Below, in pieces: positions 1 through 11,519 of a DNA stretch of 64,000 nucleotides. The stretch lies in contig NC_068982.1 in NCBI RefSeq assembly GCF_001194135.2, positions 89,356,997 to 89,420,996 of the forward strand, given 5' to 3'. The translations under genes were made by a program, and so were the position numbers. The notes beneath the pieces are model-generated. The model did no database searches. It had not been told where the DNA came from and saw only the letters and a program-made list of their open reading frames with translations. How positions within the stretch are numbered: the first letter of the stretch is position 1; each line of letters begins with the position of its first letter. This DNA comes from Octopus bimaculoides. Its lineage: Eukaryota.

Positions 1-500
1 AAAAATACTTCATTACCAGAAGTAATTTTACACTGACATATAGAATTTTTAATTTTAGAGATACTTGACATAAATTTGATTCGGTTGTAATTGACTTCAG
101 ATACAATAACCTTGTTCTTGTTATTAATATTTCTAGGGGATGGATGGTATTAGCTAAATTAATGTTAGTATTAGTAAAAGTATCCATATTTAACAGGCTA
201 ATATTATGAGGGGAGATAATTTGTAAGAGATTTTTTTGTGTTGGAAAAACCAATCTTAACCGTGTGTGAGTTGATAATAGAGTAATATCTAGAATTCTTC
301 GGAAAATTCCTAATAATAGCTTCACGAAACTGCAGAGGAAGATTAGATTTGATTTTCCTCCCATAAGGAATAATTAACCAAATGGTTTTACTATTAGTTA
401 CCTTATTTTTAGTGTAACTATCTTTGAAAAACATAGATTTACCTTTAGAACAAACATAGGGGAGTTAAATAAGAGTTATCTCCCTTCTTCTGTTTGGTGT
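1..500 (-). mobile_element. Penelope-like element fragment (RT C-terminus to start of GIY-YIG region), decayed; approximate bounds
   Basis: TIWLIIPYGRKIKSNLPLQFREAIIRNFPKNSRYYSIINSHTVKIGFS resembles the PLE IIWFNPPY...IDKHFP...FNRNTVKISYS block; CQCKITSG follows after a frameshift. Confidence 0.6.
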
Positions 501-1074
501 TGACGTATAAATTAAAATTGATATCGTTTATATCCTTACAACTAGATTTCATATCTCCATTAGTAAAGGTAGAATAAGATTGAATGGAATTAATTATTGA
601 CAAGTTTCATTTCTTCATTTCTCTGAATATATATATATATATCTTCTATTCGAATTTTTAAAGAATTCCAAAAATCTGTGAAGTTACAAAGTTTTCATTT
701 AAACTTAATTTAAAGTAATACCGTATTGGTAGGGTACTAATAAATGCTTTATTATTATTGCTCTCTTTGGTTTTGGGTCGCAGGCCCAATTAGCTCTTCC
801 CACGAGCTAGCTTAAAAGTCTGCATGGAGTGCGGCTTTTAAGCTAGTATTCTAAATATGTCAGTAGTTACAATCAAATCATTCCTTACATTGGCACAAGA
901 CTACAAAAAATGAGAAAGGAAATATATTAGGAATACTCATTTCATGTGAACAGTCAATGCACAGGCATGTGTAGTTAAGAAGTTTGTTTCCGAACCACTT
1001 GGCTTTGGGCTCAGTCTCACTATAGTTCTTGTGAGTGGATTTGGTAGGCAGAAACTGAAAGAAACCATCATATA

Positions 1075-3278
1075 CAGAATCTCACAGAAGTATGTACACC
1101 CCTAAAAAATTTCAGTGAAATTGTCATTATCGAAATAAATCAAGCGAAACTTATACTGAATAAAATATATTATACATGCAAACATTATGCAAATTTGGAA
1201 CACAAAACAAACATTTTCAAAGATATGAACAAACTATTAATTTTCAAACGATATAAAAATGTGTACACCCTAAAGGATTATTTGCTGTATTCAATATTTG
1301 GTGTGACTGCCTTTGCTTTCAATGATTACATTAAGTCTTCTGGACATAGAGTCGACTAAATTTCTGCATATAACCGATGAAATCGACCTCCATTCATCCT
1401 GAATAATATCTTTCAACTGTGTTAGATTGCAAGATTTTTTTCTCCTTAAATTCCCTTTTCAAAACACCCCACAGATTTTCCATTGGGTTTAAATCAGGTG
1501 ACATGGTAGGCTAAGGCAACACCTTTACCTTTTTTATCTGATAAAAGCTTGGTCGTCATCTTTGAAGTGCGTTTAGAGTCATTATCATGTTGGAGCATGG
1601 AATGTCTTCCTAGTTCCTTGATGCTTTTCAACATTGTTTACTGCAGTATGTCACAATAAAGCCCTCTCTTAAAAAATGTGAGCCCTCCGACTTCAGTCGC
1701 ACTCATGCACCCCCAAAGCATAACACTCCCGCCACCATATTTCACGGTAGGCACGGTGCATTTGTCGCTATTACTTTCATCTAGTTGTCGCCATACTCCT
1801 TTAATACCATTTGACCCAAACAAGTTGATTTTAGTTTCATCAGCGAAAAGAATTTTATTCCAAAACTCTATCTCCTTACTTACATAGGTTTCGGTAAAAG
1901 AAACACTTGATTTATGCCTGGTAGTGAGGAGAGGCTTCCTACGAGGAATGCGTCCATGAAGACCACACTGGTTCAAACTTCAACGAATTGTTTGAGCGGA
2001 TACATTCTTTCCACTAACAGAAGACACTTCTTGGACCAAAGATGAAGCGGTACGTCGCCTATCGTCCATCACGCAGCATTGGATGTGGTGAATATCACGA
2101 TCAGTGAAGGCGGTGAGNNNNNNNNNNNNNNNNNNNNNNNNNNNNNNNNNNNNNNNNNNNNNNNNNNNNNNNNNNNNNNNNNNNNNNNNNNNNNNNNNNN
2201 NNNNNNNNNNNNNNNNNNNNNNNNNNNNNNNNNNNNNNNNNNNNNNNNNNNNNNNNNNNNNNNNNNNNNNNNNNNNNNNNNNNNNNNNNNNNNNNNNNNN
2301 NNNNNNNNNCTGCCGTTACGTTCTGAACTCAAGTTCCGCCGAGGTCGACTTTACCATTCATCCTTTCGGGAACGATTAAATAAGTACCAGTTACGCACTG
2401 GGGTTGATGCAATCGACTTAATCCGTTTGTCTGCAATTGTTTGTCCCCTCTGTGTGTAGCCCCTTGTGGGCAGTAAAGAAATAAGAAACGTTAGCACGCC
2501 GGACGAAATGCTTAGCGGTATTTCGTCTGCCGTTACGTTCTGAGTTCAAATTCCGCCGAGGTTGACTTTGCCTTTCCTCCTTTCGGGGTCGATAAATTAA
2601 GTACCAGTTGTGCACTGAGGTCGATCTAATCGACCGACCCGCTCCCCAAAAATTTCGGGACTTGTGCCTAGAGTAGAAAAGAATATCACGTGCAGTTAAA
2701 ATAGAAGGATGACTTGGACGATGATTATTGCTTAGCCGTCCAGTAGCTTTGTACTTCTGAATTACTTTGGCAACTGTGTTTGCGCTAATATGTATTCGTT
2801 TGCTAATTAACTTGTATCCTAAACCATTCTTGTGCAAATTAAAAATAATTTTCTTTAAATCATCAGACAATTCTTTTCCTTGTGGTGCCAACTTAATGAC
2901 AATGAAGATTTCCACCACGGTACACAAATCGGAATTCCTGCAGATGCAATAACAATGACCAGTGCAAAAGTGCCAGGAGAAATAATTTATTAGAATTGAA
3001 ATCATCAGCAATATCTGAATTTAGTAAAAAAAAGTGGACAAAATATTAAATATAGCAAATTTCCTTTAGGGTGTACATATTTTTGTAACGTTTGAAAATT
3101 AATATTTCGTTCATAACTTTGAAAATGTTTATTGTCTTGTGTTCCAAAATTATATAATGTTTGCATGCATAATATATTTATTCAGTATAAATTGCATTTG
3201 ATTTCCTCTGCTATAATCAGAGTAATGGCAATTTTACTAAAATTCTTTTAGGAGTGTACATAGTTCTGTGAGATACTG
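1075..3278 (-). mobile_element. Tc1-like DD34E transposon with ~200 bp IR/DR-type TIRs and TA TSD, interrupted by SINEs and a gap
   Basis: TA|CAGAATCTCACAGAA ... TTCTGTGAGATACTG|TA; N-terminal HTH in ORF 2418-3011; FADETK, GGGSVMLWGC, LQHDNDSK and SPDLNPMENLW motifs. Confidence 0.92.
2310..2685 (+). mobile_element. Two tandem SINE family-2 copies inside the Tc1 element; approximate
   Basis: repeated gttagcacgccggacgaaatgcttagcggtatttcg...gagttcaaattccgccgagg unit found many times in the window. Confidence 0.8.
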
Positions 3279-3284
3279 TATAAC

Positions 3285-3331
<47 letters not shown>

Positions 3332-3562
3332 TTGGTTAAAAGAGTTCCAACACTGTCTGTTTTTTTATGTTTTATTTATATTCCTGCAGAACCAATGTTG
3401 GGTATAGAATATGGAATATACAATATATAATATAATATACAATATATAATATGAAATAAAATAAAATGAAAATGGATGGCACCATGAAAGAAAGTATTGA
3501 ATGTAGATGAAATATTGAGTGTTCAATATAAAGGATCAAATATATAAATATAAATATATAAA

Positions 3563-3602
3563 GGCGACTCGAGTTTCAGGGCTATTTCCCTTCGTCATGG
3601 CC
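3563..3602 (-). ncRNA. Minimal type I hammerhead-like motif with one core anomaly
   Basis: GGC-CATGACGA-AGGG aaatag CCCT-GAAA-CTCGAG-TC|GCC: stems I and II, palindromic stem III ACTCGAGT, GUC site; extra A after C3. Confidence 0.6.
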
Positions 3603-4063
3603 GGTATGACAGACTTTAACATATATATATATACATATGTATGTGTGTGTGTATGTATGTATGTATGTATGTATGTATGTATGTATGTATAAGAAAATGA
3701 TATTGGCAAAAGAATTAACCATTATCTAATAATCTTCATTAGCTTACAGTTGTTTCTGTTATAAAATACAATGGATTCAATGATCATTTGTTCCTTTGTC
3801 ATCTCGTTTTCTTATGTGTGTATGTGTATATATATATATATATTATTTTATTTAAAAGAGTTCCAACTCTGTCAGTTTTTTATGTTTAATTTATATTCTT
3901 GTAAAATTAATGTGGGATATAGAATATGGAATATATAATATATAATATAAGAATGGATGGTACAATGAAATGAAGTATTGAATGACTTATTGAATATATA
4001 GAATATGTCTTATTGAATATAAGAAATATTAAGTGTTCAATATAAAGAATTAAATATATAAAT

Positions 4064-4105
4064 GCGAATACGTATTTTCAATACCTTGTGGTATTCATCG
4101 TGACC
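4064..4105 (-). ncRNA. Paralogous degenerate hammerhead-like motif
   Basis: GGTC-ACGATGA-ATACC acaa GGTAT T-GAAA-ATACGTAT-TC|GC; palindromic stem III AATACGTATT. Confidence 0.45.
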
Positions 4106-4640
4106 TATATCTGACAGACTGTAACAGACAGTCTGTCAGATATAGGTCACGATGANNNNNNNNNNNNNNNNNNNNNNNNNNNNNNNNNNNNNNNNNNNNN
4201 NNNNNNNNNNNNNNNNNNNNNNNNNNNNNNNNNNNNNNNNNNNNNNNNNNNNNNNNNNNNNNNNNNNNNNNNNNNNNNNNNNNNNNNNNNNNNNNNNNNN
4301 NNNNNNNNNNNNNNNNNNNNNNNNNNNNNNNNNNNNNNNNNNNNNNNNNNNNNNNNNNNNNNNNNNNNNNNNNNNNNNNNNNNNNNNNNNNNNNNNNNNN
4401 NNNNNNNNNNNNNNNNNNNNNNNNNNNNNNNNNNNNNNNNNNNNNNNNNNNNNNNNNNNNNNNNNNNNNNNNNNNNNNNNNNNNNNNNNNNNNNNNNNNN
4501 NNNNNNNNNNNNNNNNNNNNNNNNNNNNNNNNNNNNNNNNNNNNNNNNNNNNNNNNNNNNNNNNNNNNNNNNNNNNNNNNNNNNNNNNNNNNNNNNNNNN
4601 NNNNNNNNNNNNNNNNNNNNNNNNNNNNNNNNNNNNNNNN

Positions 4641-4728
<88 letters not shown>
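4641..4728. repeat. (AT)n-(AC)n compound microsatellite next to a gap
   Basis: direct. Confidence 0.95.
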
Positions 4729-4951
4729 ACGTGTGCGCATGCGTGCATGCGCATATGTATGCGTGTTTGTGCCACCTCGTCTTAATATTGTATGGCAATT
4801 GTAAACATGTGTCATTATCGTGCAAGCAGTGTCATTCATTTTCAGTCTTTCAGGAAAACCTATCTGATCATAGAGAAATATTATCTTGCTTAGAAACAAG
4901 TGAGGGCTGGCAACAAAAAACAGCATCTGGCTGCAGAAAATTTGTCTCAAA

Positions 4952-5223
4952 ACACGGAAAAGTGAACATTAAAATAATGATGATGATGATGATGATGACG
5001 ATGATGATGATGATGATGATGATGATGGTGATGATGATGGTGGTGATGATGATGGGGAGGAGGAGGAGGCTGAGGAGAATGAGGAAGGCGATGAGGAAGA
5101 CAAATTGAGCAAGGAGGATGGGGAGGACAAGTACAAGTCGGAAGAGGAGGATGAGGATGTGGACAACAGGATGAGGAAGAGGAGGTTGAAGCCCTTTTGT
5201 CTCCTCAGCTTCCTCCTCATCCC

Positions 5224-5255
<32 letters not shown>

Positions 5256-5280
5256 CCATCACCACCGTCATCACCACTAA

Positions 5281-5313
<33 letters not shown>

Positions 5314-5340
5314 TATATTTTAATGTTCACTTTTCCATGT
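4952..5340. repeat. Palindromic (ATG)n/(GAG)n ... (CTC)n/(CAT)n trinucleotide region bounded by RTE-type 3' tails
   Basis: gtgaacattaaaataatgatg at ~4961 is reverse-complementary to catcattatattttaatgttcac at ~5310-5332. Confidence 0.8.
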
Positions 5341-6440
5341 TTGTATGGGTTAGTAGTATTCATTGAGACAAATTTTCTGCAACCAGATGTTGTTTTTGTT
5401 GCCATCCCTCACTTGTTTCTAAGCAAGCTAAAGTTGTTAAAAACTGCAGCCATATCAAATATACAGAATATTCTAGGCGAAAATTTCTAAGGATAACTCA
5501 CAGTTTTGCAAATCCACTAAACCAATGAGATAACATGAAAAACATTTTGTTAAAAATGATGTGGTTGGTATTTCTTTGTCCAAAGTTTCATAGATTGTTG
5601 TTTGGGTTGGAGAGTTCTAAGTAACTTAAAGTGAAAATGTAAGCAACAGTATTGTTTGTAGTGAAGAAAATGTTCAGGACACACAGTGCAGAAAATCAGT
5701 GAACCATCAACCAGCAGATATATCGTAATTATCTTCTTTTATTGATTCAAGCCAGTGGTATTGTGACTTAAATAAATTTACTGTCCAAAATAAACAAGTT
5801 TCTACTTATGTAACGAGCAAAAATTGATCTTATTACAGTAATTGTCTAATCTCATAACAGCATGGAAAATAACCAACAACCAACAAATCAAGGGAGCTTT
5901 TATGTGGCCACTTGACTTACTAGAAATAACAGTCAAAAGTCCTTTAAATCACAGTGTAGCCTTATAAATAAGCAGTATATTATATGGTCCCAGATTCTCT
6001 GTGCAAAGGGGGAAAAAAAGGAGGATGGTCACTGCTGGAATGTCTGATCATATGTCTGTTTCATCAAAGCTGACTTGGAACTAAACAACTAAGAAAGCAA
6101 GATGAGCCAATAACAGAGTTCAGCCTGTTTGCAATAGCAGTCAAATATCCCTCAAATTACATCCGGTTATAGACAAGGACATATTTGGATAATGTGGTAT
6201 TGAGTAGATTGAGCCTAGGAAAACATGGCATACACATGAGCAGTTCAGTTAAAACTAACCCTGGGCTAAATAACACTAACAATAATAATAATCACCAAGC
6301 ACAAGAGGTCTACCTGCTAGTAATAGCTGCCTCATCATCCTCAAATTACACCATGTGTATACTGAATTATCTAGTCCTAGATATATAATCAAGATATAGG
6401 TGGTTGGGGCTTAATTAGTCCTAGATATATAATAAAAATA

Positions 6441-7687
6441 TAGGAGATTGGGGCTAAATTTGGCAGTTTCCATAAAAGGAAAAGAAAGTAATATCCCATC
6501 CAAAAGTTAAAATATTTTTAAAAATCAAAAAAATCAATGAAATTATGATTGGGAGATAACAGTTTACTCAAAGTAGATGCTCTTAGCTTCTGCCACAACC
6601 TCAAGACATCTCTGGAACCTGGTGCATGCATTCCTCACTGTTTTCCTGGGAAGATCTCTGAACATTTTTCTCATCTTGGCCACCAGCTTGGCCTTGGTGT
6701 TACAGGTAGAGTAGTGGATGTCTTTTTCAATCATGCCTCACACATATAATCAGAATTAGGAAGCCAGAAATTGAGGCTGCTGAAGAGATACAAAACTCTC
6801 CAACAACCGCTTCTGATTCTTTCTGGAGGTATTGTTGTTGTTGGCACTCTGTCGCTTACGACGTCGAGGGTTCCAGTTGATCCGATCAACGGAACAGCCA
6901 GCTTGTGAAATTAATGTGCAAGTGACTGAGCACTCTACAGACATGTGTACCCTTAACGTAGTTCTCAGGGATATCCAGTGTGACACAGTGTGACAAAGCT
7001 GACCCTTTAAATTACAGGCACAACAGAAACAGGAAATAAGAGTGAGAGAAAGTTGTGGTGAAAGAGTACAGCAGGGTTCGCCACCATCCCCTGCCAGAGC
7101 CTCATGGAGTTTTAGGTGTTTTCGCTGAATAAACACTCACAACGCCCGGTCTGAGAATCGAAACCGTGATCCTATGACTGCGAGTCCGCTGCCCTAACCA
7201 CTGGGCCATTGCGCCTCCACTTCTGGAGGTATAGCAAGGAGCCAAATCTATGGCTTTTCAGCAACAACCTTTTCCAGCCAGGGGTTAATCACATCCTCCA
7301 GTAGCTTCACATAGCTGTCTAAATTAAGGCTCAATTCAAAGATGTAGGAATGAATCCTGGTGCATGGACATAGTCAGAACTTCTGCTGTGTCCTTTCCTG
7401 CTGGCCACAGCTTCATAGCTTCTGCTGCAGCTGTTTTACAGCCTTTACAATGTTCACAGAGCATTCAACAGCAGTCATGATACTGGCATTTTGATACTCA
7501 GTGCAAATCATCCTGATGCAGGTAATTCGTTTCTAATATTCAGATGACTTCCAGATGTCCATGTCAACTAAGTATTTTCCAGATTTAATCTTTATGCTCT
7601 CCAACACTATTGATTTTTCACCAATACATCAAGCTGTTCCTGAAAAAAGGAAACAGAGAAATCATCAAATTTATCCCAAATACCCTG
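6441..7687 (-). mobile_element. Tc1/mariner superfamily remnant (maT/DD37D-like), split by a SINE; approximate
   Basis: DSYVKLLEDVINPWLER and MIEKDIHYSTCNTKAKLVAKMRKMFRDLPRKTVRNACTRFQRCLEVVAEAKSIYFE*; degenerate TIRs. Confidence 0.7.
6833..7220 (-). mobile_element. tRNA-derived SINE family 3 with 12-bp TSD TTCTGGAGGTAT
   Basis: A/B-box head ggcgcaatggcccagtggttagggcagcgg...gtttcgattc, (AAC)n tail, TSD at 6821-6832 and 7221-7232. Confidence 0.9.
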
Positions 7688-8610
7688 TAATAGTCTTGAA
7701 GATTAAACATCATTTAACATCTACATTTCCACTCTTGTATGAGTCAGACAGAATGTGTTGAGGCAGGTTTTCGACAGTCAGATGCCCTTCTTGCTGCCAA
7801 CACTTCCCCATGGCCAGAAACGAACAAAATCACTTATAATATGGTGATGCTTGTCTACAATCATGATATCGAGGTAAAGGTACACACAAACACACACATT
7901 ATATATATAGAGAAAAAAACTACAATTATTGAGTTCATCCATGAAAATTCACAATCACATATACAAAACTTTAATAAGTAAATACACTAAAAAGATCTAT
8001 AATAAAAATCAAAATTTTCAAGTGACTTAATTCTAATAAACGCTAAGTTAATAGTATAACGTTTAAAATTTTAGTTTAAACTAAAGCTTCGATTAGATAA
8101 GTATTGCATTTATTTTCAGTAATATTGTTAAATGTTTTTCCTTTATTTATTGGTAAAATAAGTATTTTTATATAAATTCATTTGATATTTATTGTTAGTT
8201 GATATATATACATTCATTTTATTATTATTATTATTGTATTTTGACGCAAAGATTAGCTAAATTTTTGAATAGAATTAATTTTCGATCGATTTATTTTGAA
8301 GCGATTTGATTTTTATTTGATTTTCTATTTGAAAATGTGGTTATGAAACACATGTAGTTGTTTTAATATTTATTACTTTGTACTTTTTTGATTTTTATTA
8401 TTTTTTTTAGTGTATTTACTTATTAAATTTTTCTATATGTGATTGTGGCATTTCATGGATGAATTCAATGATTGTGGTTTTTTTCTCTAAATTATATATT
8501 TATATATTATATATTGTGAAATTTAATTTAATTTTAATTTTGATAAATTAAATTAAATTGAATTTTTCAGTGTAAATTTGGATTTTTATCCCTAATATTA
8601 TTATCATAAT

Positions 8611-8694
<84 letters not shown>

Positions 8695-8712
8695 GAGAGG
8701 AGGAAAGAGAGA
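8611..8712. repeat. (TA)n-(GA)n microsatellite
   Basis: direct. Confidence 0.9.
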
Positions 8713-8936
8713 ATTGAAGCAGTATTAATACCAAAAGGTAAAATATTCACCACTTAAAAGTGTATGTTGCATTAAAACACACAAATACTACGATATTTAC
8801 CAAGCGAGGAAAACTTTCATATAGATTTTCAGTGCATAAAAGCACATCATAGCTATCACCAGTGGCAGACAGTCACTATTATTTCCACTGCCAGGATTAC
8901 TAGACCATGTGATTTCAGCCTCTTTTAGTCATATAC

Positions 8937-9535
8937 ACACTCATGCACACAATCATTGGCACACCTAGTCAAAAATGGGTTTTTATTGAATTTCTCACAA
9001 AAATTAGTGTCTACACAATTGTTTAAAGAACACCAAACAAAAAATAAATTTCCAAAACTATCTTTAATGAGTAAAACAAAAATAAAGTAATTTGATGGTT
9101 CAAAATTATTGGCACTTCTACAAAATTTAATAATTAAAAATCAATACTGTCTCCTTTATGCTTAATAACTTCCTTCAAGCTATGAGGATAATTTTCAATT
9201 AATTTCAAGTACAGACCAGAAGGAATTTTAGCCTATTCTTCAATCACATATTCTTCTAGTTGCTTCATATTAGATGAATTTCTTGCTTTCACTCTTTCCT
9301 TTAGCCCCCACCATAAATTTTCTGTCAGGTTTAAGTCAAGACTTTGAGCCAGCCATGAAAATACATCTATCATATTTTCTTTCAACCAATTTTGGATTAG
9401 AAGTGAAGTAAGCTTAGGATCATTGTCCAGCATGAAGGTCCAAAAGCATCCTAATCCCAGTTGCTTCACTGATGACTTCAGGCTTTCATTCAAAACATTG
9501 AGATAATTCTCTTTTTACTTCATTCCTTCAATTCG
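8937..9535 (-). mobile_element. Tc1 3'-end fragment; approximate
   Basis: ORF 9233-9493: MLDNDPKLTS...QSLDLNLTENLWWGLKERV (second D and E of DD34E). Confidence 0.8.
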
Positions 9536-9671
9536 AATTTCTATTGACCGAATCTACTCACAAGGCTTTGGTCAGTACAGGGTTATAGAAGACACTTGCT
9601 CAAAATGATACACAATAGAAATGAACCTGAAACTTGCATAGTTGGAAATGGAACTCCTTAACCATATTGCG

Positions 9672-10045
9672 GCACTCCATTGGTTATGAAGACGAGAGTT
9701 CCAGTTGATCTGATCAACAGAACAACCTGCTCATGAAATTAACATGCAAGTGGCTGAGCACTCCACAGACACATATACCTTTAATGTAGTTCTCAGGGAG
9801 ATTCAGCATGACACAGATTGTGACAAGGCTGGCCTTTTGAAATACAGGTACAACAGAAACAGTAAGAAAGAGTGAGAGAAGGTTGTAGTGAATGAGTACA
9901 GCAGGGTTTGTCACCACCCACTGCCAAAGCCTCGTGGAACTTTAGATGTTTTCGCTCAATAAACACAATGCCCGATCTGAGAATCAAAACTGCAATCCTA
10001 TGACTGTGAGTCCACTGCTCTAACCACTGGACCATTGCGCCTCCA
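9672..10045 (-). mobile_element. SINE family 3 copy; approximate
   Basis: homologous to 6833-7220. Confidence 0.8.
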
Positions 10046-10184
10046 CCCATAACCATATAGCTATACCTGCACCTATGAAGAATAAAACCAAATAGTGCTA
10101 ACTTTTTAATCCAGTATACTAAGTTTTTGCCAATGCAACACACACAAATGTGTCCACAACCTACATCATGGTTTCAAATTTTGG

Positions 10185-10385
10185 CATAAGGCCAGCAGTT
10201 TTTACGGATGGGAGTAAATCGATTATATTGACCCCAGTGTTTAACTGGTACTTACTTTATCAGCCCTGAAAAGGATGAAAGGTAAAGTCAACCTTGGCAC
10301 AATTTGAACTCAGAACATAAAAGACAGACAAAATGCTGCTAAGCATTTTGCCCAGTGTACTAACGATTCTGCCAGCCTGCTGCCT
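10185..10385 (-). mobile_element. SINE family 2 copy; approximate
   Basis: homology to other family-2 copies. Confidence 0.75.
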
Positions 10386-10463
10386 TAGTCCACACCTACA
10401 TCATGAGAGTTCAACTTGTAACAAACATTGTTTTGTATAATCAGAAACAATTGAAATCTTATT

Positions 10464-10918
10464 TACATTTTGACGGATATTTGTCCTCATCTGGTTTGTT
10501 GTTAGCACAATGTTTTGGCATATATATCCTCCAGCCTTCATCAGGTGTCTTGGGGAAATTTCAAACCTGGGTTCTCATTCCTAAGCTGTTTTTCAACGTC
10601 ATTATTATTATTATTATCATTATTATTATTACTCAGGTCACTGCCCATGGGCATATGGTGTAGTGGTTAAGAGCATGGGCTACTAACCCCAAGATTCCGA
10701 GTTCAATTCCAGGCAGTGACCTGAATAATAATAATAATAACAACATCAAAAAATACCTTATGAATGAGAACCCAGGTTCAAAATTTCCCCAAGACACCTA
10801 ATGAAGGCTGGAGGGTATATCAGCTGAAACGTGGTAACAACAAACAAGATGAGGACAAATATCCGTCAAATGTAAATAATGTACATAATTCCTCATCTCT
10901 TAAATATAGAACTGTATT
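10464..10918. mobile_element. Inverted tRNA-headed, hammerhead-bearing non-coding retroelement, copy A
   Basis: inverted arms; tRNA-like head ~10649-10716; hammerhead motifs ~10504-10549 (-) and ~10793-10838 (+); 15-bp TSD AATTGAAATCTTATT. Confidence 0.8.
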
Positions 10919-11130
10919 AATTGAAATCTTATTACAAACTTTACCTTTTACATGGACAGGAACACAAACATCCATGCCCGAGTTAACAAATGGCAAAAGA
11001 TTCAACTTGAAGTTGAAAAGAGTGACTAATCTGACATAAATCAGTTTAAAACTCAGCAGTTTCTTTATATCATTGCTGATGATGTGATACATCTATGAGT
11101 GTGTAAAACAAATATGTGTATATGTATATA

Positions 11131-11515
11131 GCCACAGCTGTGGCTGTGTGGTAAGAAGCTTGCTTCCCAACCACAGGATTCTGGGTTCAGTCCCACTCTG
11201 TGGCACCTTCAGCAAGCGTCTTCTACTATAACCTCAGACCGACCAAAGCTTTGTAAGTGGATTTGGTAGATGGAAACTGAAAGAAGCCCATCATATATTT
11301 GTGTGTCTGTTTGTCCCCCTACCATCGCTTGACAACCAATGTTGGTGTGTCTACATCCTCATAACTTAGCAGTTCAGCAAAAGAGATCAATAAAATAAGT
11401 ACCAAGCTTACAAAGAATAAGTCCTGGGGTAGATTTGTTGGACTAAAGGCAGTGCTCCAGCATGGTCACTGTCTAATGACTGAAACAAGTAAAAGAATAA
11501 AAGAGTAAAAGAATG
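11131..11515 (+). mobile_element. tRNA-derived SINE family 1; approximate
   Basis: tggctgtgtggtaag...gggttcagtcccact head, aaagaataaaaga tail; many copies in the window. Confidence 0.85.
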
Positions 11516-11519
11516 TATG

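Larger units (their letters stand above)
3300..4105 (-). repeat. Diverged tandem duplication (~3300-3602 and ~3830-4105), each unit carrying a hammerhead-like motif (probable PLE pLTR)
   Basis: aaaagagttccaac...gaatatggaatata...gtgttcaatataaag shared by both units. Confidence 0.7.

Noticed and set aside
3735-3790. GAAACAACTGTA on the minus strand, a possible fourth hammerhead
   Set aside because: No CTGANGA core or stem II upstream; too degenerate
4095-5323. Poly-Met, poly-Ser, poly-Ile and X-rich ORFs
   Set aside because: Microsatellite and gap artefacts
7985-8600. Very AT-rich stretch suggesting a mitochondrial insertion
   Set aside because: No recognisable rRNA, tRNA or mitochondrial protein motif; BLASTN against the mitogenome would settle it
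10649-10716. Possible tRNA gene with ACT anticodon
   Set aside because: Lacks the long variable arm of tRNA-Ser and a clear acceptor stem, and is part of a repeated retroelement; the same applies to the SINE heads
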